A stretch of DNA of 63,918 nucleotides, the filler included, from Paramecium tetraurelia (Eukaryota): the NCBI GenBank assembly GCA_000165425.1. It is 9 parts of 9 records of this genome, joined end to end, with 100 filler letters (N's around TTAATTAATTAA, not from the genome) between each part and the next. Parts side by side here need not be neighbours in the genome. Positions count along the whole stretch, not along the records: positions 51,760 to 54,543 come from CT868063.1; positions 54,644 to 58,818 come from CT868064.1; positions 58,919 to 63,918 come from CT868071.1; 6 more parts are not named here. The stretch is one strand, 5' to 3'. Below, piece by piece: positions 52,706 to 63,918 of this stretch; positions within the stretch are counted from its first letter, which is position 1, and the number at the start of each line of letters is the position of its first letter. The translations under genes were made by a program, and so were the position numbers. The notes under the pieces are model-generated. The model did not search any database. It worked only from the letters and a program-made list of their open reading frames with translations, and was not told where the DNA came from.

Positions 52706-55700
52706 GAATAAATCTTTTCTGGATCATTATGCAAAAGATTTGATAATTAATATCTTTTAAAAGATCTAACACAATTTAAATGTAAATGAAATGATCAACT
52801 TTTCTCATTATCAGAAAGAATGATGATGTATTTTAAGATTTTATTTATTAGAAGAAATGTAAAGCGTTATGAATTGATTTCAAGTTTGGAAAGGAAATTC
52901 ATAACGAATCTAAGCGCAATAAGTCTAGTATTTTATATCATAGAATCAGAAATCTAGAATATTCTCATAAAAATGAATATCTATCATAAGATAATTTGGG
53001 TTCTACATCTATTGTGTTTAAAAGCATAAATATGCGCTTATGAATTTCCACCCTCGATAAACCAAACTTTTATCTTTCTTAAGAATTCAATCTTAGGTAC
53101 ATGCCTTCTAGTTATTTACAAAATGATGAACTAAATAATTTCTTAACTTAACCCCCAAGTGATACTTTTAATAAATCAAAATAAAATTAGACAATCATTA
53201 AAACAGGTTTATTTATAAATTCTTACAAAAAATGAATTCAATAAAATTAATATTTCTAATGTATTAAAGATGAGGAAATTGCAGAATAGGAGAAAAAAAT
53301 CTCAATATTGGGAGAAATAGCAAGTCATATTTAATCCTTTAACGATTTAAACGAATATTCGCAATATATTAGAAATTTATTTAAAGGTATGGTGGTGTGG
53401 GATAGTTTAAAGTCCTTCAATGGATGTCATATCTAATAAGTGAGATTCCAAAAGAACTCCACTGAGCTTAGGAATATGACACTTCGATAAAGTCCCAGCA
53501 GTATGAATCAAAAAGGTGTCATTTTCTGTCTACAAAAACTACTTAGAAATATATCAATTTTGATTGAAATCATGCGAAATTTTAATTGGAGTTCATAACA
53601 TTTAGCAGTACACTAAAACTCTTTGCTGAGCTAGTATTTGATTACTAACTATCAGAAGTGAATCTCCTAATTTCACCTTTTATATCAATAACCAGCAAGC
53701 ATGTTAAAAATTCAAAAAGTATTAAAAAATGATTCTTATATTTTTAAAATCAATCATAATAGAAGAGTTATTTGTAAAGAAAATGCTCCAAATTTATAAT
53801 AAAATTCACTTTATACATAACTTTTTTTTAGATCAAGTTATCTATTAAGCCTAGAGCAACTCAACCACTCTAATAAAGCAAATTAATTAAAATTAATTTT
53901 TTCACTTACCACAAAAATTTTTACTATTTACAAAGTAATTCACTTAAATGCAGACGTTAGATGCACACTTAGGATTAATATCTTTTTAATTCTAAGTAAT
54001 TGTTCATTAGTTAATATCATGTTGGGTCTATAAGATAAAAATTTGGATAAGTCTCATTAAATTGATAGTGTACTACTTTTAAATTAAAATTTCACACTAG
54101 AAACGGCTATAAATATATATATAATTTTGCTCTTTATATGCTGAATTTAAAAATTTAATCATATTTTTAATAATTTTATATAGGAATATAATTAACAATT
54201 GAAAGTATGACTATAAGTTATTACACCGATGATCTTAAATAAATTAGATTCGTTCGTATGATTTTATATTAATCGGTCAATAATCAACAATATTCCAGCC
54301 TAAATTCAAGTAAAATTGTCAATATCCTTTTAGAATGAGACAATAATATGTTATGGCTTAACCTTCTTTGGATTAAATAAGATGCAACCGATCAAAACAT
54401 GATATTTGAGGATTAAACTTTCCTCTAAATACAAGATTCATTTTTTCAGTATTATGAATTCTTAATATTTTAGGGTATTTCCAAAAATTAAATATATTTC
54501 AACAATTATTTTATATACATAATTCATGTTTTGATCTAACAGCNNNNNNNNNNNNNNNNNNNNNNNNNNNNNNNNNNNNNNNNNNNNTTAATTAATTAAN
54601 NNNNNNNNNNNNNNNNNNNNNNNNNNNNNNNNNNNNNNNNNNNCTAGAGCAGAGTTTAAATGGAGACTAATCCTTAGGATTTAGAATTGACAAAAAATCG
54701 TTCTCAAAAATCTAAGAATGGTGATACCATCACCTTTATATTTCATGTTCGTGAAAATCTATCGTTCTAAACTTCATTCATTTTAGGATAAACTTGATTA
54801 TAAACAACTTATTTGAACAAATTCCATCGATTTTTTTAACATAGGATTCAAATAATTGATGTATTAATCTGGGTTTGCTGAACATAGATTCAAGTTTTAT
54901 ACTTTTATTGATCTGTTGAATTAATTTTTGATCCTATTCAGTTTCTACTTTACTTATCTTCTGAAAACTTCGATAAAGTTTTTTAATTAATTCAAGAATT
55001 TCTCTGAAATTATAAATTATTTCTACTAATTGTAGTGCTAACTACTTTCAAAATAGAAATAATTAAAAGAGAATACCATTCTAAATTTTGTTAAGGACAT
55101 ACCTAACAGACATCATAAACTTATTATCAACTCAATATTACCTCTACTGCGCCAAAGTATTGTCTCGAGATGAAGTGTCTGATTCCCACTTAATACGTAT
55201 AAATTCTTATTGATATAGGAAGACAATAAAATAGGATATAATGGAGTGCATCATACTTGAGGCATTTATTAGCTCCCTTTATTTACCTAGTATCATGTAT
55301 TGTATGAAAATCATGCTTGCCATATTTGTATCATTGTGAAAAATTATTTGTTGTTAATTTCACATAGTAGCCGAATATTATGGAAAGGAGCAGGAATCAA
55401 GTTTAGGAAAATTGAAGATAATTTATTATAAAGGATTAACTAAAGTACAAATAGGAAGACTTGCTGGGTAATGTGCAATGTCTCCATTCAAAAAGAGTTA
55501 AATTATCACAGGTGCTTCAAAGGAGCTTCATAAAATCATCCACCAAAATGTTAGAGCTTAACTGCAATCTGAATTACTTTGATTTACTAATATTATGATC
55601 TATGGATTTTAAAGTATTCCTATTTTAGATTGAATTAGAGGTATCTGTAGCTGAGAAAAATCAAAATTAAAGGTGGAAATAAGAGAATTTTTTCAGAGGA

Positions 55701-58700
55701 TAGCAAATAATAATCTCATTTAATTAAGGGTTTACAAGCTGCAATGGGAATGAGAATGGCTTAATTATAATGAAAAGAAAATCGAGTTAGGATGTATAAG
55801 GCCTGTGTTGAAAAAATACGGGAGAAACTTAAAAAGTTGAGCCATTAAAAATCCTGAATACATCATCCTGATTGGGCTTTTTCATTGCCCTTCAAGAATT
55901 CTTTCAAATTGAGAACAAAAACTTAGGATTATTAATCCTTATTTATGACTTAAAAGCTAAGGAATGAAAACATTAAAAATACATGAAAGTGAATAAACAT
56001 ACTAAACTTTATAAACAAACTTTATCTAGAGACTGAAATTAATATCAAGGCTATCTAGTGAAAAGGATACTATCATGGATTAGAGATTAATAATAAGAAT
56101 GTGATTTCGCAGGAATTAATATGATTAAGTTGAATATTTATTAGCCAATAGAATAATAGGAGCATAAATTATAGTGTTAAGGTAATCAAAAAATTATTGG
56201 TAAAGTATGATAACATAAATAAATACTTAGGATAGTGAATTTTAATAATAGGTCCAAAAAAATTAAGATATATTTGAAGAAGGAGAGAAAATAATGTAAG
56301 ATTTATAAAATCTTAAAAAGGAGCTAGGGTAAGATATATATCCTTTATTTAAAATATAGGTACTTAATGATAGAGGTTCAAAAATACATTGGATTCAGCA
56401 TTAAATTTTAAAATATCTAGCTGTTAGATATGTAGTATTGTTTCTCAGTTAATAGGCTTGAGATGAATTAGTTAACATGTGTAAAATTTACTTTAGAGCA
56501 GATCTTCCATATAAATGAATAAATTAGAATTCTTACATGCAACTCTAAGTAGGAAGAAATTTTATCTATATGTTAATTTAAAATCAGAATTAAAATTAAA
56601 CTGTCAAATTTTATTGTTAATGAAATAGATTATGATAGTGTCTTATACTTCATATAATTAATTAAAATTATTACAATAATTACTTTTAAAACAATAGTCA
56701 GAGTTTGAAAAGCATGATTGGTTATTTTTATCAAATAGGGCAACTCAACACCTCCTATTTCCAGTCGCAGCATAGGGAAATATAAAGGTCGTGAATACAA
56801 TTTATGCTTGTAAATTTATTTGAATAAGTTATTCATATTTTTGAAATTTCATATCATTGCTGTTAGAATAATATCAGAAGGCTAATATAACAATATTTTT
56901 GACTTTTATTATACTAGCAATACTAAGAATGATGTGTTATCTACCTATGTGGATTGTTTTGAAAATTCTGCATCTTCAAAAGAGACTTGTTGTCTAATAA
57001 TTCAATAACCTCGCATGTAAAATTTAGCCCTCCACGACCATTATATGTTTAGCATACTTAATCTTAATACTCAGATTGGCTGCACTTAGCATTTAATAAA
57101 GGTATTTGACCACTCAAAAACAAGTAAAAGCATCTGAATGTTTTAGATGTGCTAAACTAAATTCCATATATCATAATTTAATACAAGGCGTATAAACCAT
57201 CATTCCAGCGGAATATTGAGAAGTTGTTGTAAAAGGTACTCAATTTATTATTGGAACATTATGTACAGCTGCCTCAATTTACTTTAACCATTGATGCAAG
57301 GATGATTGATACTAAGTACAATTTAGAAAAGTTTAAATAAGGCATCAAAATATTAATTACAATATTCTAATGGAAATTTCAAGGTGATTACTACTATAAC
57401 GCTATTGGCTGGTAATAATACAATACATCAAAAAAAGAAATATATTAAGATGAATTGAAAGCATAGCAAACTTTCAGGTAAGGATTAATAATAAAAAATT
57501 TATGTATCTGGAGTTTAACTAATATTTGGCAATATAAGAAGAATAATAATTATCAAATTTTATAGGCTTTATATTAATTTTTGCTATTCAAAGAAATACA
57601 AAAATGCTCTATATTAACACTGTCAGAACATCTTAGAAGTTTTTAAGAAAATTCTTACACAAGGAAGAAGTTTATCACATCCATTATGAGTATACTTACA
57701 GGAGAAATCAAAGGTTTTGAACTGTCTTCTCCATTCTGGAACCAGCACATCATCGTGATTAGAGGCAAAGCTTCCAGCTCTTTCGGGCAAGAATCTTACA
57801 ATCCTTTGTTGTTTTAGGTTACAATTCTCTACAAGATTTACACTTCGTCCACATGCAGATAGACTAGGCATAATATAACTATAATTAGATGATGCACTAT
57901 ATCGAGAACACCAAAGTTGGCCACTGTTAAGATTGAATCTAAATAAAATCTGATGAGACAATATATAAAATCCATTATCAAAAGTTTGAAACTCCTTTGA
58001 CTTAGTTGATATGCAAATAATATAAGATAATTGGTGCTGAGTTATCATTAATAGATAAGGTTGCACAAGGATTATCTCTTAAAAATTACACAATCTTTAC
58101 AAGTTGTGTTGCTTAACTTTGATGTCTTGGTTGATATGTTGAATAGGTTGTACATCTGAGATCGCTGCTATTGTTCAATCATAATATCATTTAAAAAGAG
58201 CCACAACTCGATTCAAAGGTTTGCAGTTTCTATTACCGACATTAGGTAAAGGAAAGACAATTTAGGTTTGTTTTATTTAAATAAAGGCTAGGCAAACTAA
58301 TCTTGAATAGGTGAATATAATTGAACTAGCCACAACTTTATATATAAATATATTAATTAAGAGAAAATGTAATTGTATCAATAACCTTGCGCAACAGATA
58401 TTATTTTAGCTTTAGCAAAAATTAATTATAAGTGAGTTAATTTACAAACTTGCTTAATAGCCCAATATTCAGTTTAGAAATTATGCAACTGTTACCTGCA
58501 ACAATTTTCATAAACTGAATAGCTGCATTTCTTTTATAATCTTACTTCAAGATTAAATTTATTTTTTCATAATCTGACTTTAGGACCTTTATGTAGCCAT
58601 CCGTTTTCACCTTTAGATTTTAGAGGAATTTATACTGATTGACATTGAAAATTAAAAATTATTTTCCATCTGCAGGGTCTATGATTAAATAATACTTAAT

Positions 58701-58918
58701 TAATAAATGATATTTATCCTCACATCTCTAAAGAGAAGGAATAAAATTCTAAATATGAAATTCAAGAAGAGAGGCAATGGTCATTTTACAAATTAACAAA
58801 TATAATTAAAAAACCTTTNNNNNNNNNNNNNNNNNNNNNNNNNNNNNNNNNNNNNNNNNNNNTTAATTAATTAANNNNNNNNNNNNNNNNNNNNNNNNNN
58901 NNNNNNNNNNNNNNNNNN

Positions 58919-61900
58919 GGGTAGTTTGAGGAAAAGGATATCGAGAGTGTAGATGAATAACAAGAAGATAAATTAAAGTAATTGAATATTTTGCAAACAG
59001 AAAATATTATATTAAAAGATTAACTCTAAGAAGTGGAATAATAAAGATAAGAAGATCTTAAGTCTTTCAAGGAAATAATAGGAAATGGAGCCGATCAATA
59101 ATGTATAGCTGATTTAGTAACTTAAAAATAAAAATTACAAACTGATTAAAGATAATTATTAATTTAGATAAATAAATTACAAGAGGAGCTAATATAATAA
59201 TAAAATGAAAACAATGAAATGAAAAAAATGGTTAATCAATTAAAAAATTAACAATAAGATTAAATATAGATATAAGAAAATGAAGTACTTAAAATAAGAC
59301 AAAATGAAATAGATGATTTGAAATTGGATTAAATAAAATTAAAAGATGAGTTAATCTAAACCAAGTAAAAGCTAAATGAATAATTGAATTAATAAATCTA
59401 AAAGCCTTTAAGTAGCGAAAAATAAATTGAATTTTAATAAGATCCTGAAAAAGTCTTTTAAATCAGCTCACTCTAGGCAGAATGTGTGAATCTTAAGAAA
59501 CAAATATAGGATGTTGAATAGTAGAGAAAGGATGATCTAAAATCTTTTGAGAAAATGCTTGGAGAAGGAGTCAATGAAACTTAAGTTATTGGTTTGACTT
59601 CTGATAAATAGTAACTCTAATCTGATTTAAGACAATTACAAAATAAATGTGATCAATTGTAGTAAGAATAAATCGCATTGTAGGATTAATTACTTTAGAA
59701 GAACAAATAAATTGTAGATTTATAAGATGAAACCAAACAGAGCGAGAAGGAAGAACAAATTCGAGGAAAGGATAACGAAATTAAACTTTTGGAACAACAA
59801 GTACAAACAGCTAAAGATCAATATTAGGAGCTTTTAGACTTATAATAATAGAACTTAACTCCTGGAGGATAAAAGGAGAAGATATTACAATAAACCAAAG
59901 AAATACATGATTAAGAAGAAGTGATTAATCAACTTCAACATAAGGTGGAAACAGAAGTTCCATAACTTTAAAATCTATTATGTGAGGCCGAAGAAAAAGC
60001 AAAAGAAGCATAAAATCAAGCAGATTTATGGAATAAGAAATATAAAGATCTTTAAGAAGCTAAATAGTAATTAGTTGATGATTATGTGAAACCAGAACAA
60101 ATTGAAAATTATGATCTAGATTAAGCAAAGGATGCTTTGAATAAAATGAACGAAGAGTTGAAGAAATAAAAATAAATTAATAATGAGTAACTTCAAGTCG
60201 AATGAAAATCTTAAAAATTAATTGAAAGATCCATAATAGATGCCTTCATGAAACCTAGAATGAAATAGATGATTTGAAATTGGATTAAATAAAATTAAAA
60301 GATTAGCTAATCTAAACCAAGTAAAAGCTAAATGAATAATTGAATTAATAAATCTAAAAGCCTTTAAGTAGCGAAAAATAAATTGAATTTTAATAAGATC
60401 CTGAAAAAGTCTTTTAAATCAGCTCACTCTAGGCAGAATGTGTGAATCTCAAGAAACAAATATAGGATGTTGAATAGCAGAGAAAGGATGATCTAAAATC
60501 TTTTGAGAAAATGCTTGGAGAAGGAGTTAATGAAACTTAAGTTATTGGTTTGACTTCTGATAAATAGTAACTCTAGATCTAAGTTACAGGGTTCGAGGGT
60601 CAAAATAAATGTGATCAATTGTAGTAAGAACAAATCGCATTGTAGAATTAATTACTTTAGAAGAACAAATAAATTGTGGATTTACAAGATGAAACCAAAC
60701 AAAGCGAGAAGGAAGAACAAATTCGAGGAAAGGATAACGAAATTAAACTCTTGGAACAACAAGTACAAACAGCTAAAGATCAATATTAGGAGCTTTTAGA
60801 CTTATAATAATAGAACTTAACTCCTGGAGGATAAAAGGAGAAGATATTACAATAAACCAAAGAAATACATGATTAAGAAGAAGTGATTAATGAACTTCAA
60901 CAGAAGGTGGAAACTGAGGTGCCACAACTTTAAGGTCAATTAAGTGAAGCTTAGGAGAAATTGAAAGATGCACAAAAGGATGCAGAATTGTGGAATAAAA
61001 AGTATCATGAATTGCTAGAGAGCAAATAAACTTAAGTTCAGAACATTCTTGCTCCAGAAGAGATTGAAAAATTAAGCTCTGAAGAAGCCAAGAACGCTCT
61101 AACATAATTGAACAAGTAATATTCAGATAAAGCTCAAGAGAATAAAGAATTAGAGATGGTTGTTTAACACCTTCGATAAGATTTGGATTCTTCACAAGAG
61201 AAAGTATAACAGCAAGCTAAAGAAGCACAATAAGAAAAATCTGTACTTGAGTAATAAACTTAACTCCTTAATAACTAACTCAAAGATTTAGTGGCCAAGG
61301 AGGAAGTTCAACCGACAAGAGAATCATGTGTGATTTGAAAAATAAATTCGGATTAAGAAGAATGGCTGACGTTTTGGAAGAAGTAATATTAGTAATTGTC
61401 AGAAAAGCAACCTGAAATTAGTTCAACATAGGCAGGAGATTTACAAGAACAACAAGTATCTTAACAAGAAAGAGAAGTAAAACCTAAGGAAATTTTGAAT
61501 GAAGAAGTTGAATTACTTAAAATTAAATTAGAGAAATTAAATGATATGTAAAAAGAAAATGAAGAATTGAAAGCATAACAGATATTAATTTAAGATGAAT
61601 TACTCAAAACTAAGTAACAGTTAAATGAATAATTGCAATAATAAATCTAAAAGCCTTAAGGTAATGATCAACAGATTCAATTCTAAACAGATCCTGAAAA
61701 AGTCTTATAAATCAGCTCACTCTAGGCAGAATGTGTGAATCTTAAGAAACAAATATAGGATGTTGAATAGTAGAGAAAGGATGATCTAAAATCTTTTGAG
61801 AAAATGCTTGGAGAAGGAGTCAATGAAACTTAAGTTATTGGTTTGACTTCTGATAAATAGTAACTCTAATCTGATTTAAGACAATTACAAAATAAATGTG

Positions 61901-63918
61901 ATCAATTGTAGTAAGAATAAATCGCATTGTAGGATTAATTACTTTAGAAGAACAAATAAATTGTGGATTTACAAGATGAAACCAAACAGAGCGAGAAGGA
62001 AGAACAAATTCGAGGAAAGGATAACGAAATTAAACTTTTGGAACAACAAGTACAAACAGCTAAAGATCAATATTAGGAGCTTTTAGACTTATAATAATAG
62101 AACTTAACTCCTGGAGGATAAAAGGAGAAGATATTACAATAAACCAAAGAAATACATGATTAAGAAGAAGTGATTAATCAACTTCAACATAAGGTGGAAA
62201 CAGAAGTTCCATAACTTTAAAATCTATTATGTGAGGCCGAAGAAAAAGCAAAAGAAGCATAAAATCAAGCAGATTTATGGAATAAGAAATATAAAGATCT
62301 TTAAGAAGCTAAATAGTAATTAGTTGATGATTATGTGAAACCAGAACAAATTGAAAATTATGATCTAGATTAAGCAAAGGATGCTTTGAATAAATTGAAC
62401 GAAGAGTTGAAGAAATAAAAATAAATTAATAATGAGTAGCTTCAAATCAATGAAAATCTTAAAAATTAATTGAAAGATCCATAATAGATGCTTTCATAAG
62501 CCTAGAATGAAATAGATGATTTGAAATTGGATTAAATAAAATTAAAAGATGAGTTAATCTAAGCCAAGTAACAGTTAAATGAATAATTGCAATAATAAAT
62601 CTAAAAGCCTTAAGGTAATGATCAACAGATTCAATTCTAAACAGATCCTGAAAAAGTCTTATAAATCAGCTCACTCTAGGCACAATGTGTGAATCTTAAG
62701 AAACAAATATAGGATGTTGAATAGTAGAGAAAGGATGATCTAAAATCTTTTGAGAAAATGCTTGGAGAAGGAGTCAATGAAACTTAAGTTATTGGTTTGA
62801 CTTCTGATAAATAGTAACTCTAATCTGATTTAAGACAATTACAAAATAAATGTGATCAATTGTAGTAAGAACAAATCGCATAGTAGGATTAATTACTTTA
62901 GAAGAACAAATAAATTGTGGATTTACAAGATGAAACCAAACAAAGCGAGAAGGAAGAACAAATTCGAGGAAAGGATAACGAAATTAAACTCTTGGAACAA
63001 CAAGTACAAACAGCTAAAGATCAATATTAGGAGCTTTTAGACTTATAATAATAGAACTTAACTCCTGGAGGATAAAAGGAGAAGATATTACAATAAACCA
63101 AAGAAATACATGATTAAGAAGAAGTGATTAATGAACTTCAACAGAAGGTGGAAACTGAGGTGCCACAACTTTAAGGTCAATTAAGTGAAGCTTAGGAGAA
63201 ATTGAAAGATGCACAAAAGGATGCAGAATTGTGGAATAAAAAGTATCATGAATTGCTAGAGAGCAAATAAACTTAAGTTCAGAACATTCTTGCTCCAGAA
63301 GAGATTGAAAAATTAAGCTCTGAAGAAGCCAAGAACGCTCTAACATAATTGAACAAGTAATATTCAGATAAAGCTCAAGAGAATAAAGAATTAGAGATGG
63401 TTGTTTAACACCTTCGATAAGATTTGGATTCTTCACAAGAGAAAGTATAACAGCAAGCTAAAGAAGCACAATAAGAAAAATCTGTACTTGAGTAATAAAC
63501 TTAACTCCTTAATAACTAACTCAAAGATTTAGTGGCCAAGGAGGAAGTTCAAAGACAAGAAATCTTGGATTTGAAAAATAAATTGGATTAAGAGAATGCT
63601 GACTTTTGGAAGAAGTAATATTAGTAATTGTCAGAAAAGCAACCTGAAATTAGTTCAACATAGGCAGGAGATTTACAAGAACAACAAGTATCTTAACAAG
63701 AAAGAGAAGTAAAACCTAAGGAAATTTTGAATGAAGAAGTTGAATTACTTAAAATTAAATTAGAGAAATTAAATGATATGTAAAAAGAAAATGAAGAATT
63801 GAAAGCATAACAGATATTAATTTAAGATGAATTACTCAAAACTAAGTAACAGTTAAATGAATAATTGCAATAATAAATCTAAAAACCTTAAGGTAATGAT
63901 CAACAGATTCAATTCTAA
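58919..63918 (+). CDS. Giant Q/E/L/K-rich coiled-coil repeat protein, both ends truncated
   Basis: Intronless heptad-rich frame (QISSLQAECVNLKKQIQDVEQQRKDDLKSFEKMLGEG..); local frame breaks near 60200-60260, 60590 and 61320 look like read errors. Confidence 0.88.
59290..63918 (+). repeat. Higher-order coding tandem repeat: alternating ~954-bp and 1287-bp units (2241-bp super-period)
   Basis: The core gtgatcaattgtagtaagaa occurs at 59649, 60611, 61898 and 62852; the second spacer type recurs at 60887 and 63128. Confidence 0.93.

Noticed and set aside
57623..58066. Longest ORF in the supplied track (147 aa, minus strand)
   Set aside because: It has no motif and is most likely an antisense shadow of degenerate plus-strand coding sequence under the wrong genetic code.
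60575..60602. Short telomere-like or foreign insert (aagttacagggttcgagggtc) within one repeat unit as a retained IES
   Set aside because: It replaces rather than cleanly interrupts the consensus and lacks convincing TA-bounded IES ends; it is probably a low-quality or mis-assembled patch.
1..63918. Abundant in-frame TAA/TAG as evidence of mass pseudogenisation or novel recoding
   Set aside because: This is the known ciliate code (table 6); conserved Gln positions such as DTAGQE are encoded by TAG.

Overview
AT-rich ciliate macronuclear DNA, almost certainly Paramecium. The evidence is TAA/TAG read as Gln with TGA the only stop, 20-30 nt GT..AG introns, very short intergenic spacers and mixed T2G4/T3G3 telomeric repeats. 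The supplied ORF track uses the wrong genetic code and is largely uninformative, so all calls are my manual translations with table 6 and boundaries are approximate. The window is nine unrelated contigs or scaffolds joined by artificial N-TTAATTAATTAA-N linkers. Two gene-dense pieces (14739-26621 and 26722-48144) carry an EF-hand protein, CCDC22, an R2R3-Myb, a Rab, a NEK kinase, a secreted beta/gamma-crystallin protein, CNOT11, an SF2 helicase, a Nop15/NIFK-like protein, a TPR protein, two more kinases, an FHA protein, a cytochrome b5 reductase-like protein and METTL14. The small contigs carry subtelomeric-type families: TPR, near-identical WD40 repeats, Cys-rich surface antigens, decayed genes and a giant coiled-coil repeat protein. 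The most notable observations are: (1) a ~1040-aa 'DEPT-box' Ski2/DDX60-related helicase whose motifs resemble a giant-virus family; (2) two unlinked TPR genes built from exact 102-nt phase-1 exons, one repeat per exon; (3) a homogenised 126-bp WD40 array that varies almost only at predicted binding-face residues.
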